Below are positions 13,261-25,625 of a stretch of 64,000 nucleotides of DNA, one piece after another. The position numbers were made by a program, and so were the translations under genes. Within the stretch, counting starts at the first letter, position 1. The number at the start of each line of letters is the position of its first letter. Origin of the DNA: Haliotis cracherodii. Lineage: Eukaryota. The DNA is taken from assembly GCF_022045235.1 (NCBI RefSeq), contig NW_027266272.1, positions 20,832,001-20,896,000 on the forward strand, written 5' to 3'. Under the pieces are notes generated by a model that saw only the letters and a program-made list of their open reading frames with translations, had not been told where the DNA came from and did not search any database.

Positions 13261-13396
13261 TCGTCTACCACAGCTGGCTCCCAATCTCAATCTGCGACCA
13301 ACAGACACACCCAGCCAACACTGGGACAACTGGAAACTGAAACTATCAGGCTACTAGAGCTCTCACAAGCTGACAACACTAAGAAAGCCTATACAG

Positions 13397-14243
13397 TTGC
13401 TTTGCATTCCTTTGCCAGATTTAGATCAACTTACAACATACCAGAACTATGGCCAGCCCCTAAAGAACACTTACTTCAATATATCTCATATTTATTATCT
13501 GCACAACAGGTCTCATTCAACTGCATCACTACATATGGCAGCAATATGCAGGTATCACAAAGTAATGATGCTTGCAGACACCACTGATCATTTCATACTT
13601 AGAAAAATGTTGCTCGGCATGCGCAATGGCAAAGGCAAACCAGATTTTCGTGCTCCGATTACTTTGGACATACTGCTTAAGTTAAGCACAGCATTAAACC
13701 ATGTTTGCATCTCCAATTATGAAACTCTCCCTTTCAAGGCAATGTCTTCACTGGCTTTCTTTGCATTTCTTCGGATTGGTGAACTCATTTGCCTAAACAG
13801 GGTTGTGGGTCATGGTTTACTTTTAATGGATATAAAGACACAAACACAACAGGTTGAGCTAAATATCAGGTACTCCAAGACTGATCAAACAGGCTGGCAA
13901 ACACAGATCATCGTTGGATCTCATTCTAAATATGAAATATGCCCAGTACAAGCTATTTCTTCCTATTTTGCAATCCGGCCACCCACGCCTTCATCTCATG
14001 CTCTGTTCATTCACGTCAACCATTCTCCAGTTTACAAGAGCACAGTTTTCAGCTTTACTACTCAATGCCCTCAAGTTCAGTCAACTACCAGAAGCTGTAT
14101 TTAAACCTCATTCCTTCCGAATAGGGGCAGCAACAATGGCAGCCATTCAAGGCATACCACAGGGCACAACACAGCTGTGGGGCAGATGGAAGTCAGATTC
14201 ATTTAAGCGCTATATCGGAATCGGTCTGATTACTTCAGTTTAA
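13397..14243 (+). pseudogene. Tyrosine recombinase of the Ngaro/DIRS element (frameshifted)
   Basis: AFFAFLRIGEL, SKTDQ, CPV; in the second frame HSFRIGAAT and GRWKSDSFKRY (R-K-HxxR-W-Y catalytic set). Confidence 0.9.
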
Positions 14244-14290
14244 GTAGCAATGCAATGTTATGTGCTAATACCTCTTTCAAAGTTTCAGAT

Positions 14291-14747
14291 ATTTGGATTG
14301 TGGGATCATCTTACATTTATTGGGCACACAAGAGTTTGTTCTAGTTGGGGTTTAGAAGAAACCTAGGTTTGGGCCCTGATTCGTGCATTTCCTGGCCGGG
14401 GAAGACTCCATTGGCCTGAGCTGCTGCCATGTATCAAAGCAAAGCTGCATCACTACCATCCACCATGTACTATCCTACTACATGTTGGCTCAAATGACCT
14501 TACAGGCCTTAAGGGTAAAGAGATGTGTAATCTCATGGATGCAGACATGGATGATGGGATGGAGCTGACTCGCCAGTGGCAAATTGATGGAAAACGAAAA
14601 CAAGTAAACCGGTTCATGACTCGCAAAATCTGTCAAATGGGAGGTGCCAGAATCAAGCTTCAGATCAAGGCAAAGGATGCATGCCTGTATTTTGATGATG
14701 ACATTCATCCGTCCGAGTTAGGTGCCATTCAGGAGGCTCTGCAATAG
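14291..14747 (+). pseudogene. SGNH/GDSL hydrolase-like ORF remnant of the Ngaro element
   Basis: IWIVGSSYIYWA (block I, 14291), ILLHVGSNDL (block III, 14472) and DDDIHPS (block V, ~14694), spread over broken frames. Confidence 0.7.
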
Positions 14748-16304
14748 CAAACTTCAGATCAATTTGGTGGCGGTGATCCCATACTGGATCAGTGGCTGGA
14801 TCCTGGGGGAAATCTGTATTTGAATAGGGGCAATGTTTGTTGATGAGTTACCCTCACAAGCATCCCTTTGCTATGTGTTCATGGCTATGGTTTGGGGTTG
14901 GTCCAGCAGCCTCCTGGAGGGGATGTTCCGACGGCTTGTAGGGTTTTTGTTTGATTTAGCACGCATGTTAGTCGACGGCTTGTCGACAGGGCCAGTGAGG
15001 GGAGTTGCCCATTGATGGTTACCCCGTGGGTTATCTCCTCTGGGTTCTGAGCTGCTCGGGTGTTCTAGTTTTGCGCTCAGATATTATATTTGCTAGGTTG
15101 CTTCGATGGTTTGTTGACAGGGGCAGGGAGGGGAGTTGCTCATCGATGGTTACCCTCGTGGGTTATCTCCCCTGGTTTTTGAACTGCTCGGGTGTTTCAT
15201 AATGGTGATAGGTTATTATTTGTGATAGGTATCTTCCCCAGGGTACCGCCACCAATACTGAATAAACTGTGCCCATATTTTGCCACACACAAAGTGTTTT
15301 GTTTTGTTGTCATATTTGATGTTTCAATTGTTTGGTTTTCATGAATGGGTGACACAATTGTTCTTGGGTAATACAGTTCCCCCTTTAGTAGACCCGACGT
15401 CTCATTGGTGGGATGAGACGCAAAATGAATGCAGTCATACGGACCCCTGGAAGGTTGATTGTGTGTCATCATACCCTGATGGCGTGGATTGTTACTCACA
15501 ATATCGATCGCTGCATTGTCTGGCCCAGAATCGATTATGTACAGGCCTTTGACATATAGCTGGAACATTGCTCAGTGCGGCCTCAAACAAGATTGTTTCT
15601 GATTTCTGTCTGATTTGTCATTTTCGCATCAGATTGTACCAGCAAAGAGTATTCTGCCTGTATAATGATTGAGTGTACATTGCAGTTGAGATAAATGATA
15701 CATGCACACCTGTGGTGCAGTGATAATTTGCCAGACATGACACTGACATTTCCCTGGGCAAAGGGCTATGAAGGTATGTTATGGAACAAACGCACACCGA
15801 TCATTGTTGGGTAATCCAGTACTCCAGGATTCTACTTGAATGACGTGCGTAAGAATTCGTGCATTGCACGTTGTTAACAAGATGATACAGTGAATGTTGG
15901 CAATTACAACAACAACAAAATCTTGGATACAAACAGACATTAGAGTGTCTTTTTTGTTTCCATAAACGCCCATGAAAAGCGGAGTTTGGGAAATATTAAG
16001 AACTGGACACAAATTTAAATCTGGATTATTGATTACTTACATACAGTTGTTTCATAATGGACCTGTCGACGCCTGTGGATTTAAATTTATTTACTATTCA
16101 GTGTCGACCTGTGAAGATCCGGGTAAGAATAGGTCTTCAGCAACCAATGCTTAAAAAAAGGCGAGTAACGGGATCGGTCGGTAAGGCTCGCTGACTGTGT
16201 TGAGATCGCCGTCATATAGCTGAAATATTGCTGAGTGCGGCGTTAAACAACAATCAAAGAAAATTACACAGACACTAACAGTTCTTGCTCCTATTCATCA
16301 CACA

Positions 16305-16765
16305 TAGAGGATCTGTTCACACCGTGTGGTATAGAGTAGACCTGTTCACATCATGTAGTACAAAGTATACCTGTTCGCACCGTGTGGTATAATGTAGACC
16401 TGTTCACACCGTGTGGTATAAAGTAGACCTTTTCACACCGTGTGGTATAAAGTAGACCTTTTCACACCATGGGGCATAAAGTAGACCTTTTCACACCGTG
16501 TGGTATAAAGTAGACCTTTTCACACCATGGGGCATAAAGTAGATCTGTTCATCCGTGTAGTATACAGTAGACCTGTTCACATCGTGTGGTATAAAGAAGA
16601 CTTGTTCACACCGTGTGGTATATAGAAGACCTGTTCACAACCTGTGGTATATGGTAGACCTGTTCACACCCTTTTGTATATAGTAGGCCTGTTCACACCC
16701 TTTTGTATATAGTAGGCCTGTTCACACCCTTTTGTATATAGTAGACCTGTACACACCCTGTGGTG
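16305..16765. repeat. 29-bp minisatellite, about 16 copies
   Basis: Unit agtagacct(g/t)ttcacaccgtgtggtataa; starts at 16422, 16451 and 16480 give period 29. Confidence 0.95.
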
Positions 16766-17439
16766 TGGTGGATTGTAAAGTAAAAGATGATGTGCGAAAA
16801 GGTCTATTATACTCCTTCGTCCGGAGTGAGTGAGGGTTTTACACAGCTTTTAGTAATATTCCAGCAATGTGAAAAGGAGGGACGCCAGGGCTTGGCCTCC
16901 TACATTGTACCCATGTAGGGAATCGAACATAGGTCTTCACATAATGGGCGAATGCTTAAACCATCTGGCTACCCTATCGCTCACTCCACTTGAGAGCATG
17001 ACTTCCGATTCATTTCAAATCATCACCCAATGTATCTTGAAACATGTTAACATCGGCCGACGTAAAAAGAAAGTGTAAACTACAATTTTGCTCCTTGTTC
17101 AACCAACGTATGCATTTAGCTGTTAGAGCCCAAGACGCGCAGTACGTCTGTCGAACAAAGAATAGGTCGGCCGAGTTAGCTATAATTACATTTTGAATTA
17201 AAATAAAATTCAAGGCCAGAGAACAATCGATATTGAACATTCTGGAAACTGATTTTACAGGGCGCAATAATACCTCATGGAAATCAGTCATGACACAAGG
17301 TGTTGACGAAGGACGTGTCATATTTAGTAAATTCATCTGAATGACTACCAGTAAAATCACTTGAATAGGGCCTTTGGTGGTGAACCCTTTTATTAAAGCA
17401 CTCAGTAGCATGACACACGTCTTTCCTCGAAATGTGGAT

Positions 17440-17650
17440 AAAATGTACATTTTCTAAACTACTTCAGCAGAAATGTGAACACCATAAGCTGATCTGATTG
17501 CATATTCGTCAACATAAAGCCGAAATCCTCAGTCTTGTCATACAAGTTGCCATGGTTTTGACTGCCTATGTACAAGGTGCTTAGAACACTTTGATTGGTT
17601 TTAGATTCACAAGTGATCACGACATTTAATAGTGGATGCGTGTAGAAGCC
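17440..17650 (-). mobile_element. Penelope-like RT C-terminal fragment (unit 1 copy)
   Basis: Homologous to the 28830-29093 copy with an internal deletion. Confidence 0.6.
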
Positions 17651-17659
17651 TCTAATAAA

Positions 17660-17753
17660 TGTACAATGTGTAAAGCCCATTTCTAGTGTCCCCCGCCGTG
17701 ATATTGCTGGAATATTGCTAAAAGCGGCGTAAAACCATACTCACTCACTCACT
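17660..17753 (+). mobile_element. 5'-truncated tRNA-SINE specific to unit 1
   Basis: Matches the 3' half of the 4057 SINE; flanked by ctctaataaa on both sides; absent at 29090 and 51875. Confidence 0.8.
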
Positions 17754-18764
17754 CTAATAAACGCCTCAAAAGGAAATTGATTCAGAATGATTCTGACTGA
17801 TTACGACTTCTCATGATCAATCACACACTTCTCAATGTGATCCACGTTCTCCACGGAAATCACTGTAAACATCCACGATGTTGTAAGACACATCAACTGA
17901 TTTGTATTGTGTAACTGATGTCCCGTTAATTGTCTGCATGTTGTAATTATTCATCAGTCCTAATGGCATTTGTGTAAACCAGTGTTGCAGGTTACAGGGC
18001 CTCAGTGGTGTTTGTTATGATATTCATCGTGGACGTGCGTTATCGGTTGCATCTCATCGATCTGTGTACAGGCTGATAACAGATCGGTAGGTGGCATTAT
18101 CGTGGATAGGACGTTTTGTAGTTTGGTTGAATGTTTTTACGTTTCTCACAGGAAAGATATAACAAACTTCATGTATTTTTGCGACACTATATCACTGTAC
18201 CATCAGGAGGGATATGAATTTACAATGGACCAAGGTGTTTCAACAAGGAAATAACTACATCTTTACCGGTAAGTTTAGTTAGCGAGCAGGATACCGTTGA
18301 GTTCTACGGCTGCCTTTATCAGTGGTAATGCATAGGCACTATGGCTGTCTTGGTGCAAAGATCGCTTTGTGGAGTATGCCCTGATGGATATTGTTTTCCT
18401 ATTTGGATGTTAACTGATTGATCCAAAATACTCATATGAATGTAAAAGGCTTTGTATACGAATATTTGTACTAGCATAGTTTTATAATGACGTCATTTCT
18501 ATATTTCATTTTCTTGAATAATCTTACCAGTTACGGACAGGATTTCATAAATTTGTTTAGTTATATATTTACAACAAATACACGATTTCGAATGGAAGGA
18601 AATTGAGTTAATTTCTTCACATGTAGTGGCATTGTTTCAAATATGCAGGTAACAAGACAAAACTCAAACATATTGTTTAAACAAAGTTTGGTTGGCTGAC
18701 CGGTCAGAAGTATGATAAAATATATCGTACCCATTACCCTTAACATTCATTAAGTCATTTAGAT

Positions 18765-19070
18765 ACAGACTACATCCGTGGTCTAGCGAATAGAGAGTCT
18801 ACCCGGAGAACAAAAGGTCGGTAGTTCGATGCCTGCCAACGTCATACGAAAAAACGTTAAAAGACAGTGCTCCTTTTTTACCCTGCCTGGTCGGGTGAGA
18901 TTGAGTATACTGTGTCAGAGTGGGGTATCAATGATAAACTGTGGCATGCTATCTGTGTGGACTAGATCTATACAAGCGACATTCGTATGGACCGTCAACG
19001 ACAAACACGTGCGCGCATGCACGCACGCACTCACACACGCACACACGCACACACACATGCACGTCGCGGC
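18765..19070 (+). mobile_element. Old tRNA-headed SINE (Meta/MESC-core-like), present in every unit
   Basis: Degenerate A and B boxes (gtggtctag; ggtagttcga), core cgtcatac..aaa..gttaaaa..ccctgcctgg, CA-rich tail; copies at 31275, 42605 and 54115. Confidence 0.5.
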
Positions 19071-19295
19071 GTAAGTGTGTAAGTGTAAAAAGAAGCACAT
19101 CTTTTAACGTCTTTTCGTATGACGCATAATCTTCACCTCACTTCAACAGGTAATGTCAGCAGCGAGAATAATCCTTTGGCCATCTGAGGCTATAAAGATG
19201 CAAAATATACATACATAGTACCCTCTGAAATGCACATGGAAAAAGCGAAAATATCAGCTTCCATTCACACTATTCGATTCTTTACAAAATGCCTA

Positions 19296-19573
19296 AAGCT
19301 CATGGCCAAGTCGTCTAAGGCACCGCGATTCACTGTGCAGAGTTGCGTCTCTTGGGCACGTCACAAACCTATGATTGTGGGTTCGAATCCCGGTTCGCCT
19401 TAATTATGTTTCTAGGTTTGTCAGCACCATACCCGTGCTCGTGGGTTTCACCAAAGTTGTAAACGTCTGCGACCTGCATCACTTCGGGCTTTCCTCCCAC
19501 ATTAAGCTGACACGCCGTGATATAACTGGAATACTGTTAAAAGCGGCGTTAAACCCAACTCACTCACTCACTC
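19296..19573 (+). mobile_element. tRNA(Leu-like)-headed SINE, near full length
   Basis: tggccaagtcgtctaaggc A box, ggttcgaatcc B box, (CACT)n tail; ctaaagctca occurs at both ends (TSD-like). Confidence 0.8.
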
Positions 19574-20046
19574 TAAAGCTCAAGGCTATATTTGTCATGT
19601 AAGCCTCTTTTATGGCGATATGTAAGTGGAAAGAAAAAGAAAGTCTTTTGTTACCCAACCGTACCTATGGTGAGCAATTGACTATCCAAAACGAGTTTGA
19701 TAAAAACAAATCAACTAACACATACCCAACACACACACCCGAAAGGCCTGAGAAGGAACGCTTGTAGTCGTGGGAATACATTATGTGTGCCCCAACACGG
19801 CCAGCGTGTTATCAAATTTCAGAATTGCTAAGCACTTTCATATCACAAAACTAGATTTGTTTACATATATTCAGAAATAATTACTTCTTATTTCTTCATT
19901 TTTCATGTTAATTTCAGGAAAGACACAAGAAGCGCTTTTGACCAAAGTCAGTGCGTTTCATTGGCTGGTCCCAGAATTGAGAACAGGCAGCCAAGTGTGC
20001 TGAACATTAAGCAGAGGAAGAAGATAAGGGCTGATGCTATACGACC

Positions 20047-21276
20047 ATGATGTCGCCAGTTTTGTATATTCTTGCCTGTGGTTTTGTGTCCGTTGAGACA
20101 CAACTCAGAAACGCCACTGGTGAATTCCGCCTCTACAATGACATCATTAAGAACAACAACCCATACGAGAGGCCCGTCTACAACAAATCCAAAACTATTA
20201 CGGTTGAATTTGACTTTCATCTACATACAGTGAGCCAATACATTGAGTCACAACAACAGCTCCTATGCACAGGGTGGTTTTTTGTGACGTGGTCTGATCA
20301 GTTTCTCACCTGGAATTCTGAAATGTATGACGGAGTTGAGTTTATCAGACCCCCAGATAGCTACGTGTGGAAACCTGATATTGTTGTGTCCAATTCCTTC
20401 CAACAACTCGACCGCCTTGGAGGAGATTTCGTGTCTCTGAAACTATTTTCAAATGGACGTATACAGTGGATGCCTGGGGATTTATTCTACCTGCCATGTA
20501 ATGTTGATGTTGAGTTGTACCCATTTGATAGCCTGAGGTGTTCTATGAATCTGGTTGTGTGGTCACACTCAGTGACAGAAGTTGACCTGAAACCACAGCA
20601 ATCACGTGCTGGAGTGTCCAGTTCCAATATACGGGGTCAGTGGAGTTTGACGTCAGCCCCTATCATTTCGTTGAAAAAACATTCTGACAACAAAACAATG
20701 CCAACAGTGAAAATTACACTCATTCTAGAAAGACTCCCAACCAATTTTGTCTTTAACTTTATCCTTCCCGTCATGATTCTCTCTCTTCTAGGAACGTTTG
20801 TGTTCCTCATTCCAGCAGATTCAGGAGAAAAAGTATCATTTGCCATCACAATTCCTCTTTCTTATGGTGTCTACATGGGATTTCTAACAAACATGGTACC
20901 ACAAAGTTCCGAGGGTGTGTCCACCTTTATCATTTTCCTTGGAATCACGCTATCATTGTCTGCGTTATTTGTCATCCTCAGCATATTCAGTGTCAGGATC
21001 TCAGCACGCAGTAATTCACGACCCGTTCCTAAAGCATTCCAAAGAATCACCGTCTGGGTTGAACATGTTAAAAACTGTGGTCGACAAAGAAGGTTGCATC
21101 CTAACCATATCTCTGAGGACACAGAACAATCAGATGAGTGCGAGGCTAAGGAACATATTCAAGTAATGACGTGGAATCGAGTGAGCTCGGCTCTGGATCT
21201 GTTTTTCTTCTGGGTGTTGTGTATACCTTTGTTGATAGCGATTCCAGTACTGTTGGTGTCCATAGCAGTGCTTTAA
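20047..21276 (+). CDS. Cys-loop ligand-gated ion channel, nAChR-like non-alpha subunit, type A1 (single coding exon, intact)
   Basis: Signal peptide, RPV, WxD, WKPDIV, Cys-loop C-x13-C (CNVDVELYPFDSLRC), four TM helices, DSGEK before M2, W..V...LD.FFF before M4; no loop-C CC. Confidence 0.95.
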   Translation: MMSPVLYILACGFVSVETQLRNATGEFRLYNDIIKNNNPYERPVYNKSKTITVEFDFHLHTVSQYIESQQQLLCTGWFFVTWSDQFLTWNSEMYDGVEFIRPPDSYVWKPDIVVSNSFQQLDRLGGDFVSLKLFSNGRIQWMPGDLFYLPCNVDVELYPFDSLRCSMNLVVWSHSVTEVDLKPQQSRAGVSSSNIRGQWSLTSAPIISLKKHSDNKTMPTVKITLILERLPTNFVFNFILPVMILSLLGTFVFLIPADSGEKVSFAITIPLSYGVYMGFLTNMVPQSSEGVSTFIIFLGITLSLSALFVILSIFSVRISARSNSRPVPKAFQRITVWVEHVKNCGRQRRLHPNHISEDTEQSDECEAKEHIQVMTWNRVSSALDLFFFWVLCIPLLIAIPVLLVSIAVL

Positions 21277-23894
21277 TGACAAAATATTTCTTCCGAACCA
21301 TCAATTGTATATGTCGTATTTAGTAGAATAGGTTATAGTAATTCTCTGAGAAAAATATTCATTGTGAATTGTGTGTGGAAATAACTGACAGTGTCTTTAT
21401 TTTTGTGTGACTTTAGTATGCTCTATTATGATGTGCCATCTGAAATACAAAACGTTATCACCAGAGAGTAACCAGTCTCGATTATCCGCCAAAACAGATT
21501 CCTTTCCGCACAAAAGCCAAAACAGCAGTGAAAGCTATATGAATGAATCACTGCAAATCAGTGATGACTCTAGTTTTTCGCGCCCCGAAACTCAAAACTG
21601 TATGGTCTGTTCTCCAATGATGGCACGGACGAGGACATAAGAACTCATCTAAATCAGATTAGACTAGCAAAAGCTATCATGTGTCGCAGGAGAAGAATCA
21701 GTTTTCAGCCCTCGCAATTGGGAGAGACATTGGGGGACGCTGGTTGTCAAGTCATAGTTGAGAGAACAAAGCAAAGTGACGCAGGTCTCTGACAGTTTTG
21801 TGTGTGTGAAGCCCAAAGGAGAGCGGGTACAGTCTGAAAAACTAAGGATCATATTCAGTGGAAATCTTGGATTTGACCTGACGATAATAGGATCCTTGGA
21901 CGTAACAACTTGGGCACCCGTGCACCGTTGATCGAATCCAAGCTTGACCAGAGTGTTAAACGACTATGACCGTGCAGTATGGATGGTGCACTCTCTGGCT
22001 TTGGTTTATGCAATACATGTTGTGTCAATAAATGAAGAAGGACGAATCAAAAGTCATGCCTACCGAGCAGAAACAGTGTTCAAATGAAGTAATGCCATAA
22101 AGTGACATGAATAATGAATAAGATTTTAACTGACCATTCAGCACTGAAAATTGCTAAAATTCCCATGTGCAATTAGCATATAATTATCATGACAACCAAG
22201 TCCAAAAATCACAATATTATGTTATTTTTATGTGTGCAGTTCGACAAATGCTTTAAGGTGACACTAGGACACATGTGTTTATCTTGAAGGCAGCAACGTC
22301 TGCGACTGCCACCAACCAAAGATTCCTTGGTTTCCACAGATGTTAAACAGAGTTGGTGCCAATTTCTAATCTTGCTGCACAGTGGAATCGGTGATAACAT
22401 GAATTAGCAGTTAATACAACTGACTTAAGAGGTGCGTTATTGACGGTTATTGATTGCTGTGACGTGCTCGGGCTCTGTGCCCATGTTTACATTGCACTTT
22501 CTAGAGCATGTAAATTGTAAATGAACTGCTGAAGTAGTTGGACGCACAAAACACTCGTTCCTGTTATGTTTCATTGTGAAATGTTAGGACCCTGCAACTT
22601 CGAGTTTTGACATTCTGAACAGTCCAAGCTGTTGTGTGCAAACAGAACAGGGTTGGTCTTTATGAGCGGATTTTGGGGACGTAAATCATTGTGCTTGTTG
22701 ATAGGAGACTGTTCGTTGGGATTAACGCAGCTGTGCATGTGCAACTGTTTCCATGATTTGACATTGTCCATCTGAAAGGTTGAGATGTGTGGGGGTGAAA
22801 GACAAACATAATGGTAATGATCTGAACTCATTTACGGAAGACCGGTAAGTAACATACTTGTGTATGCCATTTCACAGGAATGTGACCCTTTCTATTTATC
22901 TTACTTTATTTAATATATCACTGAGAGGTGGCACATGTTTTAGCTTATCTGCAAATTCGTAAGTGGGTTGTTATCACGTTGCACTCTGCTTTTAGAAGAG
23001 ATTTCTTATGAATATGGGAATGGTTTTGTCTCTTTTATCTATTTCCGTATTAGAACGACCAGTTTCTCGTCACATGACCTCACTCATCCAATGTTACATT
23101 TTTGTTTCAATATTTCCGTCACAAATGGATATTGTCTGTTAAAAATATATTTGACATATACTTTGAATAACGTAGTGTCCGTAAATCTGTACTTTGTAAT
23201 TATAATGTCCACCAACAATTATTGAGATATTTCTTTTCGACAAATATTTAGGTCTGCGGTGATCATACTGAAACAGTCATGCAGGGCAATGTCTTTTAGA
23301 ATAACCAGAACGCTGATTAGGTAAGAATTCGGATTAACTTATTAAATATTTGACCAGTCACATGCCAAATGTGACGTACTGCTGAAATTGTATTTGCGAT
23401 ACCACTAGAATTAAATCTCACTAGAATAGACATCTCCTAAATGACTTGATGGTTCAGTTAAAATTGTATTCAATAAGCACGGAATAGCCAATTCCCTTCC
23501 ATTGACGCTTCCTTTTTTGGCATGAACTTGGTTTTAATCACTATTTGATAGTAATCAATAAACACATGCTCAGGATAGTGGGAACCGTACAATCAACTCT
23601 CCTTTGAGCAGATTTCTTATGGACATGAAAGGTATTTTGTCGCTCTTATTTCCCTGCATTAACCTATGAAAGAGAATGCAAATGCCATTGATTAAAAAAG
23701 CTCCTGTTTTCGTTGGAAAGCAATGAATGGAATGTGGGAATACATTGTACCAAAACATGTTGTGTATATATTATAGGACACTAAGTCAATAATAAAAGCA
23801 TCCATCGATTCTAACCCATGTTTGTTGCAAGAGACGACTAAATAGATTGGGTGTTCCTGGTCGCTGCCGCGGGTCCAGCCTCGAGATATATATA

Positions 23895-25509
23895 CTACTC
23901 AAAAGAAGTTAAAGAACACCAGATATATAATACATGATTTAGCAAATTGGTCATGGCATTATGTATTATAACATTACTATCATCTAATGTTTGGCAACTT
24001 GTTGTACCACGTCTGGGGTATTGCTGTTCCTCCTGACACTTTCTGGAAACACTTCTGCTAGTAATACAAATGAAATGAAAACATGAGCAAAACACAGGAA
24101 TATTGTCGCCCAAACACAATGCTGCACCTGTCCTTAGCAACAACCAACATAATTTCCATGCTCAGCATATGAAAGTGGTGATGTTCATGGTGCACGTGCA
24201 TGTGTTCCCTTTAAGAAGGCGATGACGATGATCGTGTAATCACACTCTCCAAAACCATGCCACAGAGACGACATCTGACTGATGTTAATAGAGGACGAGC
24301 TATTGGTTGGCTCCAGGATGGCCTTTATTTACGTGAGGTGGGCAGAAGATTGCAGGTGTCCCCCTCTGTCATTCACACCCTTTGGCATCGTTTTGCTGCC
24401 ACTGTCAGAGTGCAAGAGCAACATCGTTCTGGACGGCCAAGGTGTACCTCACAACGTGATGACCGATACCTGGTTCTCCAAGCACTCAGGCAGCGTACAT
24501 CAACAGCAAACAACCTCAGGTTACAGTTAAGGGCTGTCAATAACACTGTCGTTAGTGATCAGACGGTGCGAAACCGTTTACAAGTTGCGAACTTGAGAAG
24601 TCGACGACAAGCAGTGAGACCACCTTTACGTCCAGTTCACAGAACAGCACGTCTGGCTTGGTGTCGACAACATGTGCATTAGAACAGACAGCAATGGTCT
24701 CGTGTACTGTTTACAGACGAGTCGCGATTCTGTTTGGAGCTCAATGATGGAAGAATACGGGTGTGGCGTCGTACTGGAGAGAGATTCACTGATGCCACAG
24801 TACGTGAACGTGTCGCTTTTGGTGGGGGATCAGTGTTGTATGGGGAGGATTCAGTTGGAATCACAGGACTCCTCTGTACCATATTGTCGGGAATCTGAAT
24901 GCTGCCAGGTACCGTGATGAGATTCTTGAACCCGTTGTATTGCCCACACTTCATCAGATTGGTCAAGGTGCTATCCTTCAGGACGACAATGCAAGACCCC
25001 ACCGCGCTCGGATTATCACTGACGATCACACACAAAGGCAGATTACCGTTATGCAATGGCCTGCTTATTCGCCAGATCTGGCGCCCATTGAACATCTTTG
25101 GGATGCCTTGGGAAGAGCTGTTCAAGCTAACCATCCACCTCCTGTTAATCTCCAGCAACTGTTAGGATTTCTTCATCAGGAATGGCAAGTAATTCTACAG
25201 GCAACACTGCAGCAGCTTGTCCGATCTATGTGCAGAAGATGTCAGGACTGTATTGCTTCCAGGGGTGGACATACCCGATATTGAAGGAACAGGATTATCC
25301 TGAACTGTAGTGTGTGACTTTTGATTTATAGGGTACATGCAGTTCATATTGTTTTGCTCTGGTTAGCTGTATGCCAGCGTTTCTTTCGTCAATGAAATGT
25401 CATGATTAAATACTTAAATTTCCCAATCAGTGTTGTTCCTGTGTCCACGATCTATTTTTTGAGTCATTTCGATAACGTATTTGGGTGTTCTTTAACTTCT
25501 TTTGAGTAG
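23895..25509 (+). mobile_element. Full-length Tc1 (DD34E) DNA transposon with inactivated transposase
   Basis: 26-bp TIRs ctactcaaaagaagttaaagaacacc flanked by TA; empty site at ~36240 in unit 2; transposase 24257-25284 has LFTDESRF, QDDNARPH and SPDLAPIE (34 residues between D and E), with a stop and frameshifts. Confidence 0.95.
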
Positions 25510-25625
25510 TAATATGCTGAATGCGGCGTTACACATAAAACAATCTAACAATATCAATTTGACTATTTTACATTCCCTCTTATTTAATCTCTGAGACGCG
25601 TGTATCTTTTCAGTATTGCAGCTCC

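Larger units (their letters stand above)
10650..15320 (+). mobile_element. Ngaro/DIRS-class tyrosine-recombinase retrotransposon (decayed; ends approximate)
   Basis: Order is gag-like, RT, RNase H, tyrosine recombinase, SGNH-hydrolase remnant; 3' direct repeats at about 14990-15065 and 15120-15197; AATAAA at 15261. Confidence 0.85.

Noticed and set aside
13397-14243. Phage integrase or bacterial contamination
   Set aside because: It sits directly after gag, RT and RNase H in DIRS/Ngaro order, among animal SINEs.
16305-16765. 29-bp repeats resembling a CRISPR array
   Set aside because: Units are head-to-tail with no unique spacers, there are no cas genes, and the context is eukaryotic; it is a minisatellite.
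20637-21166. Recurrent antisense and alternate-frame ORFs over the receptor genes
   Set aside because: They are shadows of the real CDS and recur only because the genes are duplicated.
20047-21276. Assignment of a CHRNA/CHRNB gene symbol
   Set aside because: No vicinal cysteines, and too divergent to assign orthology without a phylogeny.
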